Part shown: piece after piece, positions 20,402 to 30,073 of the stretch
How the letters are laid out: the number at the start of each line of letters is the position of its first letter
Numbering within the stretch: the stretch's first letter is position 1
Assembly (NCBI GenBank): GCA_905612235.1
Contig: CAJQRF010000011.1
Coordinates: 40,835 to 104,834, forward strand
DNA from: an uncultured Pelagibacteraceae bacterium
GTDB lineage: Bacteria > Pseudomonadota > Alphaproteobacteria > Pelagibacterales > Pelagibacteraceae
Length of the DNA stretch: 64,000 nt
Direction: 5' to 3'
Notes under the pieces: generated by a model
The model's database searches: none
Seen by the model: the letters and a program-made list of their open reading frames with translations, nothing else
Told to the model about the DNA's origin: nothing
Program-made: the position numbers and the translations under genes

Positions 20402-21568
20402 ATGGAAATTCCAAAAAGTTTTTTAGGTTTTAAAAGAGAAAATGGCAGAGCTGGTACTAGAAATCATGTGATTATCCTGCCAGTTGATGATATTTCAAAT
20501 GCTTGTGCCGAAGCTGTTGCAAATAATATTAAAGGAACAATTGCATTACCTCATTCTTATGGAAGACTTCAATTTGGCGCTGATTTAGAATTGCACTTTA
20601 GAACAATGATTGGAACTGGAAGCAATCCAAATGTTGCAGCAGTAATAGTTATTGGAATTGAACCTAAATGGACAAAAAAAATAGTGGATGGAATTGCAAA
20701 AACTGGGAAACCTGTTGAAGGTTTTCATATTGAGCGCACTGGAGATATTGGCACAGTTATGAAGGCTTCAAAAAAAGCTCAAGAATTTGTGATGTGGGCA
20801 TCTGAAAAACAAAGAGAAGAATGTCCTTTAAGTGATTTGTGGATATCAGTTAAGTGTGGAGAATCTGATACAACTTCTGGATTGGCTGCAAACCCAACAG
20901 TTGGAAATTTAATGGATAAATTAGAACCATTAGGAGTTCATTTGTGTTTTGGAGAAACATCAGAGCTTACGGGGGCTGAAACTGTTTGTGCTAAGAGAGG
21001 TTCTACACCAGAGGCTTCTGAAAAATTTATGAAGGCGTGGAACTCTTATAACGATTTTATACTTAAAGAGGCAACTGATGACCTTTCAGAAAGCCAACCT
21101 ACTGCAGGAAATATTGCAGGAGGTCTTACAACAATTGAAGAAAAGGCATTTGGGAACTTTCAAAAGATAGGGGCATGTAAGTTTATAGATGTTTTGGGGC
21201 CAGCAGAAGAACCTAAAAAAGGAAAAGGTCTTTACTTTATGGATACTTCATCTGCAGCAGCAGAATGCGTAACTCTTCAAGCAGCAGCTGGTTTCAATAT
21301 TCATTTATTTCCAACAGGTCAAGGTAACATTGTAGGAAATCCTATTGAACCTGTTATTAAATTAACAGCTAATCCGTTAACTGTTAAAGGTATGGGCGAA
21401 CATATTGATTGTGATGTTTCAAAAATACTTACACGTGAGATGAACATGTCTCAAGCTGGTGATGAATTAATTAAAACCACAATAAGAGTAGCTAACGGTA
21501 GACTAACCTGCGCAGAAGCATTAGGTCATAAAGAGTTTGTAATGACTAAACTTTACAGAAGTGCGTAA
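20402..21568 (+). CDS. suyB: sulfolactate sulfo-lyase subunit B (UxaA family)
   Basis: [27 protein letters not shown] and GGLTTIEEK; split from suyA; start at ATG 20402. Confidence 0.88.
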   Translation: MEIPKSFLGFKRENGRAGTRNHVIILPVDDISNACAEAVANNIKGTIALPHSYGRLQFGADLELHFRTMIGTGSNPNVAAVIVIGIEPKWTKKIVDGIAKTGKPVEGFHIERTGDIGTVMKASKKAQEFVMWASEKQREECPLSDLWISVKCGESDTTSGLAANPTVGNLMDKLEPLGVHLCFGETSELTGAETVCAKRGSTPEASEKFMKAWNSYNDFILKEATDDLSESQPTAGNIAGGLTTIEEKAFGNFQKIGACKFIDVLGPAEEPKKGKGLYFMDTSSAAAECVTLQAAAGFNIHLFPTGQGNIVGNPIEPVIKLTANPLTVKGMGEHIDCDVSKILTREMNMSQAGDELIKTTIRVANGRLTCAEALGHKEFVMTKLYRSA

Positions 21569-21963
21569 TGACAAAATCTGAAAATGATTGTTTTTTATGC
21601 AGTAGAGCAAAAAACGAATGTATTTATTCGAGTAAGTTTGTGTTTGTTATTAGGGATAATAAATTTCCTGTTACCAAACACCACACATTAATTGCAACCC
21701 ATAGACATGTTTCTGATTTCTTTGATTTAAATAATGAAGAACTTAATGATTTATCTAATGTACTTAAAAAACAAAGACAATTATTAATAAACTTAGATAA
21801 AGAAATTACTGGTTTTAATGTAGGGGTTAATGCTGGTGTCGATGCAGGTCAATCAATTATGCACTGTCATATTCATTTAATTCCACGAAGAAAAGGTGAT
21901 ATGGATAATCCTAGAGGTGGCGTTAGAGGAGTGATACCATCAAAACAAAAATATAATAAATGA
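21568..21963 (+). CDS. HIT family nucleotide hydrolase
   Basis: N-terminal CFLC and AGQSIMHCHIHLIPRR histidine triad; TAATG overlap with suyB. Confidence 0.92.
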   Translation: MTKSENDCFLCSRAKNECIYSSKFVFVIRDNKFPVTKHHTLIATHRHVSDFFDLNNEELNDLSNVLKKQRQLLINLDKEITGFNVGVNAGVDAGQSIMHCHIHLIPRRKGDMDNPRGGVRGVIPSKQKYNK

Positions 21964-22880
21964 ATAAAGATTATTTTTCAAAAGTAAGAATCTTAGATGG
22001 TGGCATGGGACAGACCCTACTTCAAAAAGGATTAAAGGCTAAAGGATCTCTTTGGTCAGCTACTGCATTGATTGAAGAAAAATATCACCAACTAGTAATA
22101 GATACCCATTTAGATTTTATAAAATCTGGAGCAGACGTCATTGTTACCAATAATTTTGCTGCACGAAGATCAAGAACTCTACAAAATAATGTAGATGAAC
22201 ACTTTAATTATGCTAATAAAAAAGCTGGGGAACTTGCTCTGAAAGCAAAAGAAGTTTCAAAAAAAAATATTTTAATAGCAGGTAGTTTGCCAGCTCAATA
22301 TGATACTTATGTACCTGATGAAAGAGATCAAAATTTAATAAAGGAAGATTTTTATGATCAAGCTAATTTATTAAAACCTTTTATTGATTTTTTTTACTTA
22401 GATGTTTTATCTAGTATTAGAGAAATTGAAATTGCATTAAATGTGGTTGAAAAAATGAATCTTCCTGTTTTGATTGGAATGCATATTAGCGAAAATGGTA
22501 AATTACCTTCAGGTGAAACTATAACTAAAATGGTCGAAACATGTAAAAGTAAAAATTGGTTAGGTTTAATTGCGTCATGTGTTTCGCCAGAAATTATAGA
22601 AAATACTATTGATGAGATTAGATCATTAAAAATTTCTTTTGGCTTTAAAGCAAATCTTTGGAAAGAACAACCACTGCCAGTTGGCGAAATTGTTAGAATA
22701 GATGCAGCTGGTTTTGGAGAAAACCCTGTTGTTGTTTTGGGTACTAGAGATGAGATTACAGCAGAAAAGTTTTATGACTTTTCAAAAAAAATGGTTGATA
22801 AAGGTGCTACTATTTTAGGTGGATGCTGTGAGACAAAACCAGCTCATATTAACGCTATTTCCGAATTGAAGCAGATCTAG
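21960..22880 (+). CDS. homocysteine S-methyltransferase family protein
   Basis: LDGGMG at the N-terminus and GGCC Zn motif. Confidence 0.88.
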   Translation: MNKDYFSKVRILDGGMGQTLLQKGLKAKGSLWSATALIEEKYHQLVIDTHLDFIKSGADVIVTNNFAARRSRTLQNNVDEHFNYANKKAGELALKAKEVSKKNILIAGSLPAQYDTYVPDERDQNLIKEDFYDQANLLKPFIDFFYLDVLSSIREIEIALNVVEKMNLPVLIGMHISENGKLPSGETITKMVETCKSKNWLGLIASCVSPEIIENTIDEIRSLKISFGFKANLWKEQPLPVGEIVRIDAAGFGENPVVVLGTRDEITAEKFYDFSKKMVDKGATILGGCCETKPAHINAISELKQI

Positions 22881-23319
22881 CTTTCTTAATTCTCCATCTA
22901 GATCCTTCTCTAACTATATAACCTACGCAATTTTTTGCTCCACACTTGCAAACAAATTGTTTATAGTCCTCATCATAACCAAATCCATAATCATAAGATA
23001 ATTCTTCACCTTTTTTTATATCTTTAATAGCAGTAATCCATAGTTTCAAACCTTTACCTTCTACTTCACAATTTGGATTGCAAGAATGATTGATTAATCT
23101 TGCATCATTATACTTAAAGTCTCCATCCAGATCATATCTGCTGTTCAAATTAAATAAATATATTGCTTTATCGTTATCAAATTTTGGATTTGTGTCGGTT
23201 TCTTTTTTTGTGATGAGCTTACCTTTATAATTAATAACTAATTTTCCAGATTTTATATTTTTTGTTGCATAAAGACCTTTATTATCAATATTTGATTTTT
23301 TAATTTTATATAATTTCAT
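22855..23319 (-). CDS. SET domain protein-lysine methyltransferase
   Basis: GLYA, RLINHSCNPN, ELSYDYG and post-SET CKCGAKNC. Confidence 0.93.
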   Translation of the reverse strand: MKLYKIKKSNIDNKGLYATKNIKSGKLVINYKGKLITKKETDTNPKFDNDKAIYLFNLNSRYDLDGDFKYNDARLINHSCNPNCEVEGKGLKLWITAIKDIKKGEELSYDYGFGYDEDYKQFVCKCGAKNCVGYIVREGSRWRIKKARSASIRK

Positions 23320-23321
23320 AG

Positions 23322-23626
23322 TTATTTGTTTGTACTGGTAAATACATAATATGCAACAGCTTCAATTTCTTCAGGGGTTAAAATACCTTCCCAAGGTGGC
23401 ATAACTCCAGCACCATTTGTCACAGCATAAATAATCTGATCAATCTGCAGTTTAAGCATATCAAGATTTGGACCAATATCGCCTGATGATTCTGCAGATT
23501 TCAAAGTGTGACAAGTCCCACACGCTGCTTTATTGTTATAAATCTCTAATCCTAAAATCATTTTTTCATCAGCAAAAGAAACTTTTGAAAAAAAAATAAA
23601 ACTAAGATGAGTAGTTTTTTTTTCAT
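23322..23626 (-). CDS. monoheme cytochrome c (SorU-like); signal peptide frameshifted in this sequence
   Basis: CGTCH, GPNLD and axial Met in GVMP. An upstream ATG at 23626 encodes MKKKLLILVLFFF, one base out of frame with SKVSFADEK. Confidence 0.8.
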
Positions 23627-23635
23627 ATATAAAAT

Positions 23636-24739
23636 CTATATTGCTTTTGGAGGTATCGTTTTGGGTGCATTAATCCGTTTACTTATTTGCCTTCTTATAT
23701 AAGAAACTGCAACACCAAAAAATAAAGCTATAAAAATTGACAATATTCCATAAACAATTGGGTAGTTATTTGATAAATTATAAATTGTATTTCCAAAATC
23801 ACTAATCTCTGCGATTTTATTTGTTGGAAGTGTTAAGCTTGCTTTTCCACTTTCTTTATTTTTAAAAAAAGTTTCATATGCCATCAGCAGTCCAATTGAG
23901 AGCATAAGCACAGCTAATAAGGCTTTAAGTTGAGACCCCTGAAGTCTTTGTCCAATTTTTTGACCTACATGAACTCCAGCAATAGATCCTGTGATTAGTA
24001 TTAAAACAAGCATTAAATCAATTGTTTGATAGGTGAAAGCGTGAGAGATTGTAACAAATCCTGTTACGAATATAGTTACAAATAATGAAGTGCCAGGAAC
24101 AAGTTTTGTTGGCATGCCAATTATATATATCATTGCTGGCACCATTAAAAATGCTCCACCCACACCCATAATAGCAGAGACAAAACCAACAATAACACCT
24201 AATAAAAGTGGAACTAAAGCGCTTTCATAAACTTTAGATGTCTTAAATCTCATTCTAAAAGGAAGTCCATGTATCCAGTAATGAGTATGTAATTTTTTTT
24301 TTATTGGAATTTTATTTTTGAAAATATTAAGTTCTTTGAGTCCATCTCTAAGCATGAAACTGCCAATGATTGCCAATACATACATGTATGCTAACGCGAT
24401 TACTATATCTATTTTACCAATTCCTTTAAAATAACTGAATGTTAAAATTCCAATAAAAGTTCCTGCTAACCCACCAGTAATTATTAACCAACCTATTTTA
24501 ATATCTAATGTTTTTTTAAACCAATGAGTGAGAGCTCCAGATGATGATGAGGCTAAAATATTATTTGCTTCATTTGCTACTGCATAAATTGGAGGTATGC
24601 CCATAAAAATTAACAAGGGGGTCATCAAAAATCCTCCCCCCACACCGAATAATCCAGATAAAAAACCTACGCTATAACTTACGAAAAGTATTAAAATTAC
24701 GTTTATTTGAACTTCTGCTATGGGTAAAAAAACTTCCAT
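23636..24739 (-). CDS. TauE/SafE family sulfite exporter
   Basis: Repeated GLFGVGGGFLMTP / GVGGAFLMVP motifs; multiple TM helices; downstream of aprA. Confidence 0.9.
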   Translation of the reverse strand: MEVFLPIAEVQINVILILFVSYSVGFLSGLFGVGGGFLMTPLLIFMGIPPIYAVANEANNILASSSSGALTHWFKKTLDIKIGWLIITGGLAGTFIGILTFSYFKGIGKIDIVIALAYMYVLAIIGSFMLRDGLKELNIFKNKIPIKKKLHTHYWIHGLPFRMRFKTSKVYESALVPLLLGVIVGFVSAIMGVGGAFLMVPAMIYIIGMPTKLVPGTSLFVTIFVTGFVTISHAFTYQTIDLMLVLILITGSIAGVHVGQKIGQRLQGSQLKALLAVLMLSIGLLMAYETFFKNKESGKASLTLPTNKIAEISDFGNTIYNLSNNYPIVYGILSIFIALFFGVAVSYIRRQISKRINAPKTIPPKAI

Positions 24740-24795
24740 AAAATATTTAGTTTATAAATATTCTTGAAATATAATAATGTCAACTAGTAGATAGC

Positions 24796-25146
24796 TTAAT
24801 AAATAGTTGCGCCAAAGACTTTAACATCATCATCTTCGACACCAAGCACTAAACGCCCTAAGAAATCCCCTGGAATCGTATTACTATTCTGTTTATAAAT
24901 AACTGTTACATGAAGGTTTCTTCTTAAACAGCCCAATACTTCTTTTTTATCTGATAAACTTGTTAGCAACTTGTTATTTGCCCATTGTTTCCCCAGCTCC
25001 ACTTCATTAGCTCCAAAAAGCATTTTTGTTGAAAAATCTCTTGTAAAACCACCGTAATCTTTAATATTAGACGACTTTACGAGATTTTTCCAAATAGGGT
25101 TGGCTATTTTTATAATCTCTTCGTCAGTTTTCTTGAGAAGATCCAT
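24796..25146 (-). CDS. hypothetical protein in the apr operon
   Basis: 116-aa ORF with protein-like composition, 16 bp after the aprA stop. Confidence 0.7.
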   Translation of the reverse strand: MDLLKKTDEEIIKIANPIWKNLVKSSNIKDYGGFTRDFSTKMLFGANEVELGKQWANNKLLTSLSDKKEVLGCLRRNLHVTVIYKQNSNTIPGDFLGRLVLGVEDDDVKVFGATIY

Positions 25147-25162
25147 TTATTTTTCTGATAAT

Positions 25163-27022
25163 TTAAGAAGCTTTCTTTTTCTCTTTTTCATCAACTATAT
25201 GGTAAACAGGAACTTTTTCTAAAGTAAATTTTCCAGTTTGGGGATCTCGTCTTGATACAGTCAAGCAATGCCAGTTTTCATCATCTAATTTCATGTGATC
25301 ACCACGATAATAATAACCAGGCCAACGAGTTTCTTCACGAAATAAAGTGTGTTCTGTTACACATTGAGAAGTTAAAGCACGGTGTTTTAACTCCCAAGCA
25401 CGCATAAGTTGGTGGTAATCTTCAGCTCCTACATTTTCTAAATCTTCTTCTAACCATTTAAGAAGTTCTAAACCTTTTTTAAGCATATTGCCGTTTGTCA
25501 TATAATTAGTAGCAATACCTCCAACGTATTCATCCATAATTCTTTGTAGACGTTGAAGACCTTGAATTGGAGAAATATAGCTTGGAGAAACTGTTCCTCC
25601 AGTAATTTCATTACGACCTATGGTATAATTTTCTAATGGTTTATAAATAACTTTTTTAAAATTTTCACACTGTTTTTCAGAAACATTTATATTTTCTGCT
25701 TTTTTATCTTCTATATATTTTACTGCTGCTTTTGCAGCTAAACGTCCTTCGGTAAAAGAGCCTGAAGAAAATTTATGAGCGCTACCTCCAACAGTATCTC
25801 CTGCTCCAAAAAGTCCTTCAACAGTTAACATTCTGTTGTATCCCCAGAAATATTCTGGTGGGGAAAGATCTTCTGGACCGCTTACCCAAGCACCTGAACA
25901 GGTGGCATGAGATCCCATTACGTAAGGTTCAGAAGTAGTTAGTTCAGGATTAGTATACTTTGGATCAATATTTTGAGATGCCCAAACTACAGCTTGACCA
26001 ACAGTCATGCCAAGAAAATTTTCCCACCCAACAGTCTCTAGGTGTGGATCTTGAAATGCTTCAGTTGTCACCATTTGAATTGGCCCTCTACCAGCAATCG
26101 TTTCTTGAATAAATGCATGATTTCGTAAACATGTTGGTGTTGGATGATGATCAATATATTCACCAACTAATTCTTTAGTTTGATCATACCATTTTTTTTC
26201 GTAATTTTCTCCGTTTGCATTTTGAGTATAAGTTTTTAAATGTAAGAAATAAGCACCTACTGGACCATATCCATCTTTAAATCTACATAAAACAATTCTG
26301 TTTTCCATTTGAGTCATTTTAGCGCCAACAGCAATTGGTAATGCATAAGCAGAACCATTACTCCATGGTGCGTACCAAGTTCTTCCCATACCTTCACCTA
26401 CAGCTCTTGGTTTAAAAATATGTGATGCTCCACCAGCAGCTACAATTACTGTTTTAGCGCGAAAAACATAATAATCTCCCGTGCGCATATTAAAACCAAC
26501 TGCACCACCTACTCTATTCTCGTTCGTCTCATCCATTAGTAAATGAGTTATCATAATTCTATTATATATTTTATCAGCAGATTTTTTTGCTGCTTCAGCA
26601 ACAATTGGTTTGTAACTTTCTCCATGAATCATTATCTGCCATTTACCTTCTCTTAGATAACGACCAGTTTTTTCATTTTTCATCATTGGCAAACCCCACT
26701 CATCAAACATATGTACTGTTGAGTCAACATGACGAGCCATATCATAGCCAAGATCTTCTCGAACCATACCCATCAGGTCATTACGTGCATATCTAACATG
26801 ATCTTCAGGTTGATTCTCATCCCACTGCATGCCCATGTAACAATTAATTGCATACAGTCCTTGAGCTACTGCACCGCTTCTATCTATGTTTGCTTTTTCA
26901 ACACAAATGATTTTTAAATCTCTTCCCCAATGTCTAGCTTCAAAGGCAGCACCAGTTCCTGCCATCCCGCCCCCAACAACAAGTACATCACAATCTTCAA
27001 AATGTGTTTTATGTTTGGCCAT
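25163..27022 (-). CDS. aprA: adenylylsulfate reductase alpha subunit
   Basis: RSGAVAQGLYAIN, WQIMIHGESYK, GHKFSSGS-type HKFSSGSFTEGR and ETRWPGYY motifs. Confidence 0.98.
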   Translation of the reverse strand: MAKHKTHFEDCDVLVVGGGMAGTGAAFEARHWGRDLKIICVEKANIDRSGAVAQGLYAINCYMGMQWDENQPEDHVRYARNDLMGMVREDLGYDMARHVDSTVHMFDEWGLPMMKNEKTGRYLREGKWQIMIHGESYKPIVAEAAKKSADKIYNRIMITHLLMDETNENRVGGAVGFNMRTGDYYVFRAKTVIVAAGGASHIFKPRAVGEGMGRTWYAPWSNGSAYALPIAVGAKMTQMENRIVLCRFKDGYGPVGAYFLHLKTYTQNANGENYEKKWYDQTKELVGEYIDHHPTPTCLRNHAFIQETIAGRGPIQMVTTEAFQDPHLETVGWENFLGMTVGQAVVWASQNIDPKYTNPELTTSEPYVMGSHATCSGAWVSGPEDLSPPEYFWGYNRMLTVEGLFGAGDTVGGSAHKFSSGSFTEGRLAAKAAVKYIEDKKAENINVSEKQCENFKKVIYKPLENYTIGRNEITGGTVSPSYISPIQGLQRLQRIMDEYVGGIATNYMTNGNMLKKGLELLKWLEEDLENVGAEDYHQLMRAWELKHRALTSQCVTEHTLFREETRWPGYYYRGDHMKLDDENWHCLTVSRRDPQTGKFTLEKVPVYHIVDEKEKKKAS

Positions 27023-27492
27023 TAATAATAGACACCTTTTTTAAATGAATCTTTAGGAATTGATGGTAGTTCTTTTTTTGTGTTTAATCCTTTAGGTTCA
27101 TTATAAAGAATCTGAGATTTAATTTCACCTGGATTAGGCTTTTCTCCTTCAGCAAGTTTTGGAATAAATTTACCCCAAGGCTTGGTTGTTATAGGAGAAA
27201 CAAAGTTTTTTTCTTTGCCATTTCTAAATTTTATCTTCCAAGAGATTGTACCTTTTTCTTCTTCTCTTCTAACTCTTACGCTGTGACCCATTGGAGCAAA
27301 GTCAGCGTACCCACGAACATCTATTGCGTGATTGGGGCAAGCTTTAACGCAAGCATAACATTCCCAACAAAAATTAGGTTCAATATTTACAGCACGTCTA
27401 ATCGTTTCATCAATGTGCATAATATCAGATGGGCAAATATCTACGCAGTGTCCGCAACCATCGCAGCGAGTCATGTATACAAATGTTGACAT
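27022..27492 (-). CDS. aprB: adenylylsulfate reductase beta subunit
   Basis: CDGCGHCVDICPSDIM and CWECYACVKACP (two 4Fe-4S clusters); VRGYADF. Confidence 0.98.
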   Translation of the reverse strand: MSTFVYMTRCDGCGHCVDICPSDIMHIDETIRRAVNIEPNFCWECYACVKACPNHAIDVRGYADFAPMGHSVRVRREEEKGTISWKIKFRNGKEKNFVSPITTKPWGKFIPKLAEGEKPNPGEIKSQILYNEPKGLNTKKELPSIPKDSFKKGVYY

Positions 27493-27597
27493 TTTAATTT
27501 ATGCCTTTCTTTAAACTTTTACTCAATTTGGATAGCTCGTTTATCAAGCTTCATTAAAATCGAATTAATCTTATTATGTATATATTTAGTGTTCATA

Positions 27598-28398
27598 TTA
27601 ATAGTGTTTTGGTGCCTCACGTTTAATTCCTAAGCCAAATCGTTTAGGTGCATCAGCTTCAGGAGGTAAATTATCTCTTGATCCATCGGCTTCAGCTAAA
27701 TTTTTTTGAATTGCTGCTCCTGGCTTATAAAACATGTGTGCAAATTTTGACCAGTAAACTCCACCAAATAAGACTAGGTTAGAAACGCCATATAAAACTA
27801 AAAATACCTTATCATCCCATCTGTCATTTAAATTTAAAGATTGTAAATAAGACCAAATTAATCCAAACAAAGATGTAGCAATAAGTGCAAGCACAAATAA
27901 ATCTGCTTTAATAATTCTGTACCAAGGTTGTGCTTCTGAGTAAACATCTACTCTTAAGAACAGCCAAAACCAACTTCCACCTAGAACAGTCATAAATGCA
28001 CCTGCATGCCAAATTATAGGCCATGCCGATGGTGTGTTAGAAGATGAAGAAGTATAACAAAAAATCATAACAGCCGAAGCAATCCAAAATAAAATAGTTC
28101 CATACATTCCTAGTAAATGTGCAACTCTTCTTTTGCCGGCGCCTAACTCCGAAGTAGTTCCAATATCGTAGACTACAGATTTAACAATAATAGAAGCTCT
28201 TTCTCTAGTTCCTAATACTCTTGTCGCAGATTTTTTTGCTTTTTTTGCATTTTCAAAAAAATATTTTACATTTTTTTTATGAATTATATCAAGCAATGTT
28301 CCCATAGCCGCGAGCACCACCATTACAATTAAAAACAATTGAATATAGAGAGGCGAAACTATATCTGTGAGCGTTGAAAATGGATTGTTATAAATCAT
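27598..28398 (-). CDS. aprM: APS reductase membrane anchor AprM
   Basis: DIIHKKNVKYFF, RVAHLLGMYG and WSKFAHMFYKP; upstream of aprB. Confidence 0.9.
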   Translation of the reverse strand: MIYNNPFSTLTDIVSPLYIQLFLIVMVVLAAMGTLLDIIHKKNVKYFFENAKKAKKSATRVLGTRERASIIVKSVVYDIGTTSELGAGKRRVAHLLGMYGTILFWIASAVMIFCYTSSSSNTPSAWPIIWHAGAFMTVLGGSWFWLFLRVDVYSEAQPWYRIIKADLFVLALIATSLFGLIWSYLQSLNLNDRWDDKVFLVLYGVSNLVLFGGVYWSKFAHMFYKPGAAIQKNLAEADGSRDNLPPEADAPKRFGLGIKREAPKHY

Positions 28399-28413
28399 TA
28401 CACCTCTAAAATT

Positions 28414-28448
28414 AATATAGACGGTCTTTTGAAAGAACCGTCTATATT
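28414..28448. terminator. stem-loop between the CADD gene and aprM
   Basis: AATATAGACGGT...ACCGTCTATATT 12-bp perfect inverted repeat with an inner extension. Confidence 0.55.
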
Positions 28449-28487
28449 GTCTCTATAAATATCTTAAATTTATTGTACTAAAATCAA

Positions 28488-29159
28488 CTAAGCAGCTACT
28501 TGCATTGGAATATTATGCTTAACTGCCATTCCAGTTAAAAAATTCCAAAGATATTTAGCTGTAGATAAAGCTGATTTTTCCGCCTTAACTTGTTCAGCTA
28601 CAGTTAAACCATCAAGTAATTTTTCACATGCTACTCTGTGGTATTTGTCAGCAGTTTTATGAACTTCAAAAAATTCCAATCCTTCTTTTGAAGAAACTCC
28701 ATAATGATTTTTTAGTCCTCTAATCTTAGTTTCAGCAATTTCTGGAATTTGTCTTTCGTAAGTGTAAAGAGAGGCTAAACCTTCTGCATAACTAGCTCTT
28801 CCATTTTTGAAAAAATTATCAATCATATCTTCAGTAAACTTTTCTTTAGTAACTGAATCTATTTTTGATTTATCCGCACCCATAGCTGATGCAAAATTTT
28901 TCCAAAGTTTAGGATGATCTGCGTTTTGGTTTTCTTCATCTTGAAGATTTTCAAGTAAAATTTTTCTTTTCTCGATATCTTCACACAAAGAATGAGTAGC
29001 ACTAATATAACGTGGAAACGCTTTTACATGTTGATAATACTGCTCAGCATAATCTTTTATTATTTCTCTAGTTAGTTTGCCTTCATTCCAAGATTTGTAA
29101 AATGGATGATTTAGTAAGTGGTACTGGTCCAGTTTTTTGTTTAGTTCTTTTGAAAACAT
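28488..29159 (-). CDS. CADD/PqqC-like heme-oxygenase-fold diiron protein (putative pABA synthase)
   Basis: LLNHPFYKSW, YYQHVKAFP, ENLQDEE...HPKLW, YERQIP and FFEVH...D..H motifs. Confidence 0.85.
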   Translation of the reverse strand: MFSKELNKKLDQYHLLNHPFYKSWNEGKLTREIIKDYAEQYYQHVKAFPRYISATHSLCEDIEKRKILLENLQDEENQNADHPKLWKNFASAMGADKSKIDSVTKEKFTEDMIDNFFKNGRASYAEGLASLYTYERQIPEIAETKIRGLKNHYGVSSKEGLEFFEVHKTADKYHRVACEKLLDGLTVAEQVKAEKSALSTAKYLWNFLTGMAVKHNIPMQVAA

Positions 29160-29267
29160 TTATTCCTCCTGAGTTAATAATTTTAATACTTACTTTTTTC
29201 TTAACTTTAATCAAGATACATTTCTTAAATTTATAGAAGGTTAGCCTTCAACCAAAGGTTGTGTAAT

Positions 29268-29642
29268 TTATTTTAATTTACCTTTTTCTCTTAGTTCTTT
29301 TCTGATTTTTGTGGCTGAAATTTTCTGAATTTCCTCAGACAAAACTATTTTTTCAATTTTGTAACCAACTCCTCTACCGTAGCAAATGTTTGTAATATTT
29401 GGCACAAGAACAACTTTAAATCTATTTTTAAATTTTGGGTCTAGTCTCTCAGTTATTTTTAATTTTACTTCGTTAAAATCAAATGGATTATCATCTACCC
29501 CTTTGACATCTCTTACCTGTATGCAAACTTGTCCTGTTTTCTTAATTATTTTTTCAAATAATGCGTAGTGTCCATCATGGAAAGGCTGCCATCTTCCAAG
29601 CATTTGTGCTGTTGGTTTTTTGTTATCCCACGCGTAAGACAT
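29268..29642 (-). CDS. minimal HxGH-type nucleotidyltransferase (cytidylyltransferase-like)
   Basis: GRWQPFHDGH and ISATKIR motifs. Confidence 0.88.
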   Translation of the reverse strand: MSYAWDNKKPTAQMLGRWQPFHDGHYALFEKIIKKTGQVCIQVRDVKGVDDNPFDFNEVKLKITERLDPKFKNRFKVVLVPNITNICYGRGVGYKIEKIVLSEEIQKISATKIRKELREKGKLK

Positions 29643-29644
29643 TG

Positions 29645-30052
29645 TTATTTAATTTCCCTTGAAATTTTTGCTGCCCATTCTTTAGCATTTTGAGTTGTTA
29701 CATGGTAATCATATTTTTCTGGTTTTACAAATAATGCATTTGTATCATCAAATCTTCCTTTTTTTATAGTATCTACCCATACCGTATAATCAGCATTAAA
29801 TAACTCTCTAGTTTTAGGCAACGGACAAATAAAGTCTGCAACTACACGATGCCCTTCTTTGATATACTTGTCAGCATAATCTGACATCCTTTTAGCTTGT
29901 CTTAATCTCGCTTCTGGTGAAAAATCCCAATCATTAAGCTGTTCTCTTATTTTGTCCGCATTAAGCCATTTTGCGTCTAGTAAGGCTGCAAGTTCAGAAG
30001 CCAAAGTTGTTTTTCCAGATCCTGGCAAACCCATTACAAGAATTTTCTTCAT
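29645..30052 (-). CDS. short adenylylsulfate kinase-like P-loop protein
   Basis: GLPGSGKTT, LNADKIR, DFSPEARLRQ and ADFICP resemble CysC; only 135 aa. Confidence 0.78.
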   Translation of the reverse strand: MKKILVMGLPGSGKTTLASELAALLDAKWLNADKIREQLNDWDFSPEARLRQAKRMSDYADKYIKEGHRVVADFICPLPKTRELFNADYTVWVDTIKKGRFDDTNALFVKPEKYDYHVTTQNAKEWAAKISREIK

Positions 30053-30073
30053 AAATTTTGTATACTTCAGTTT

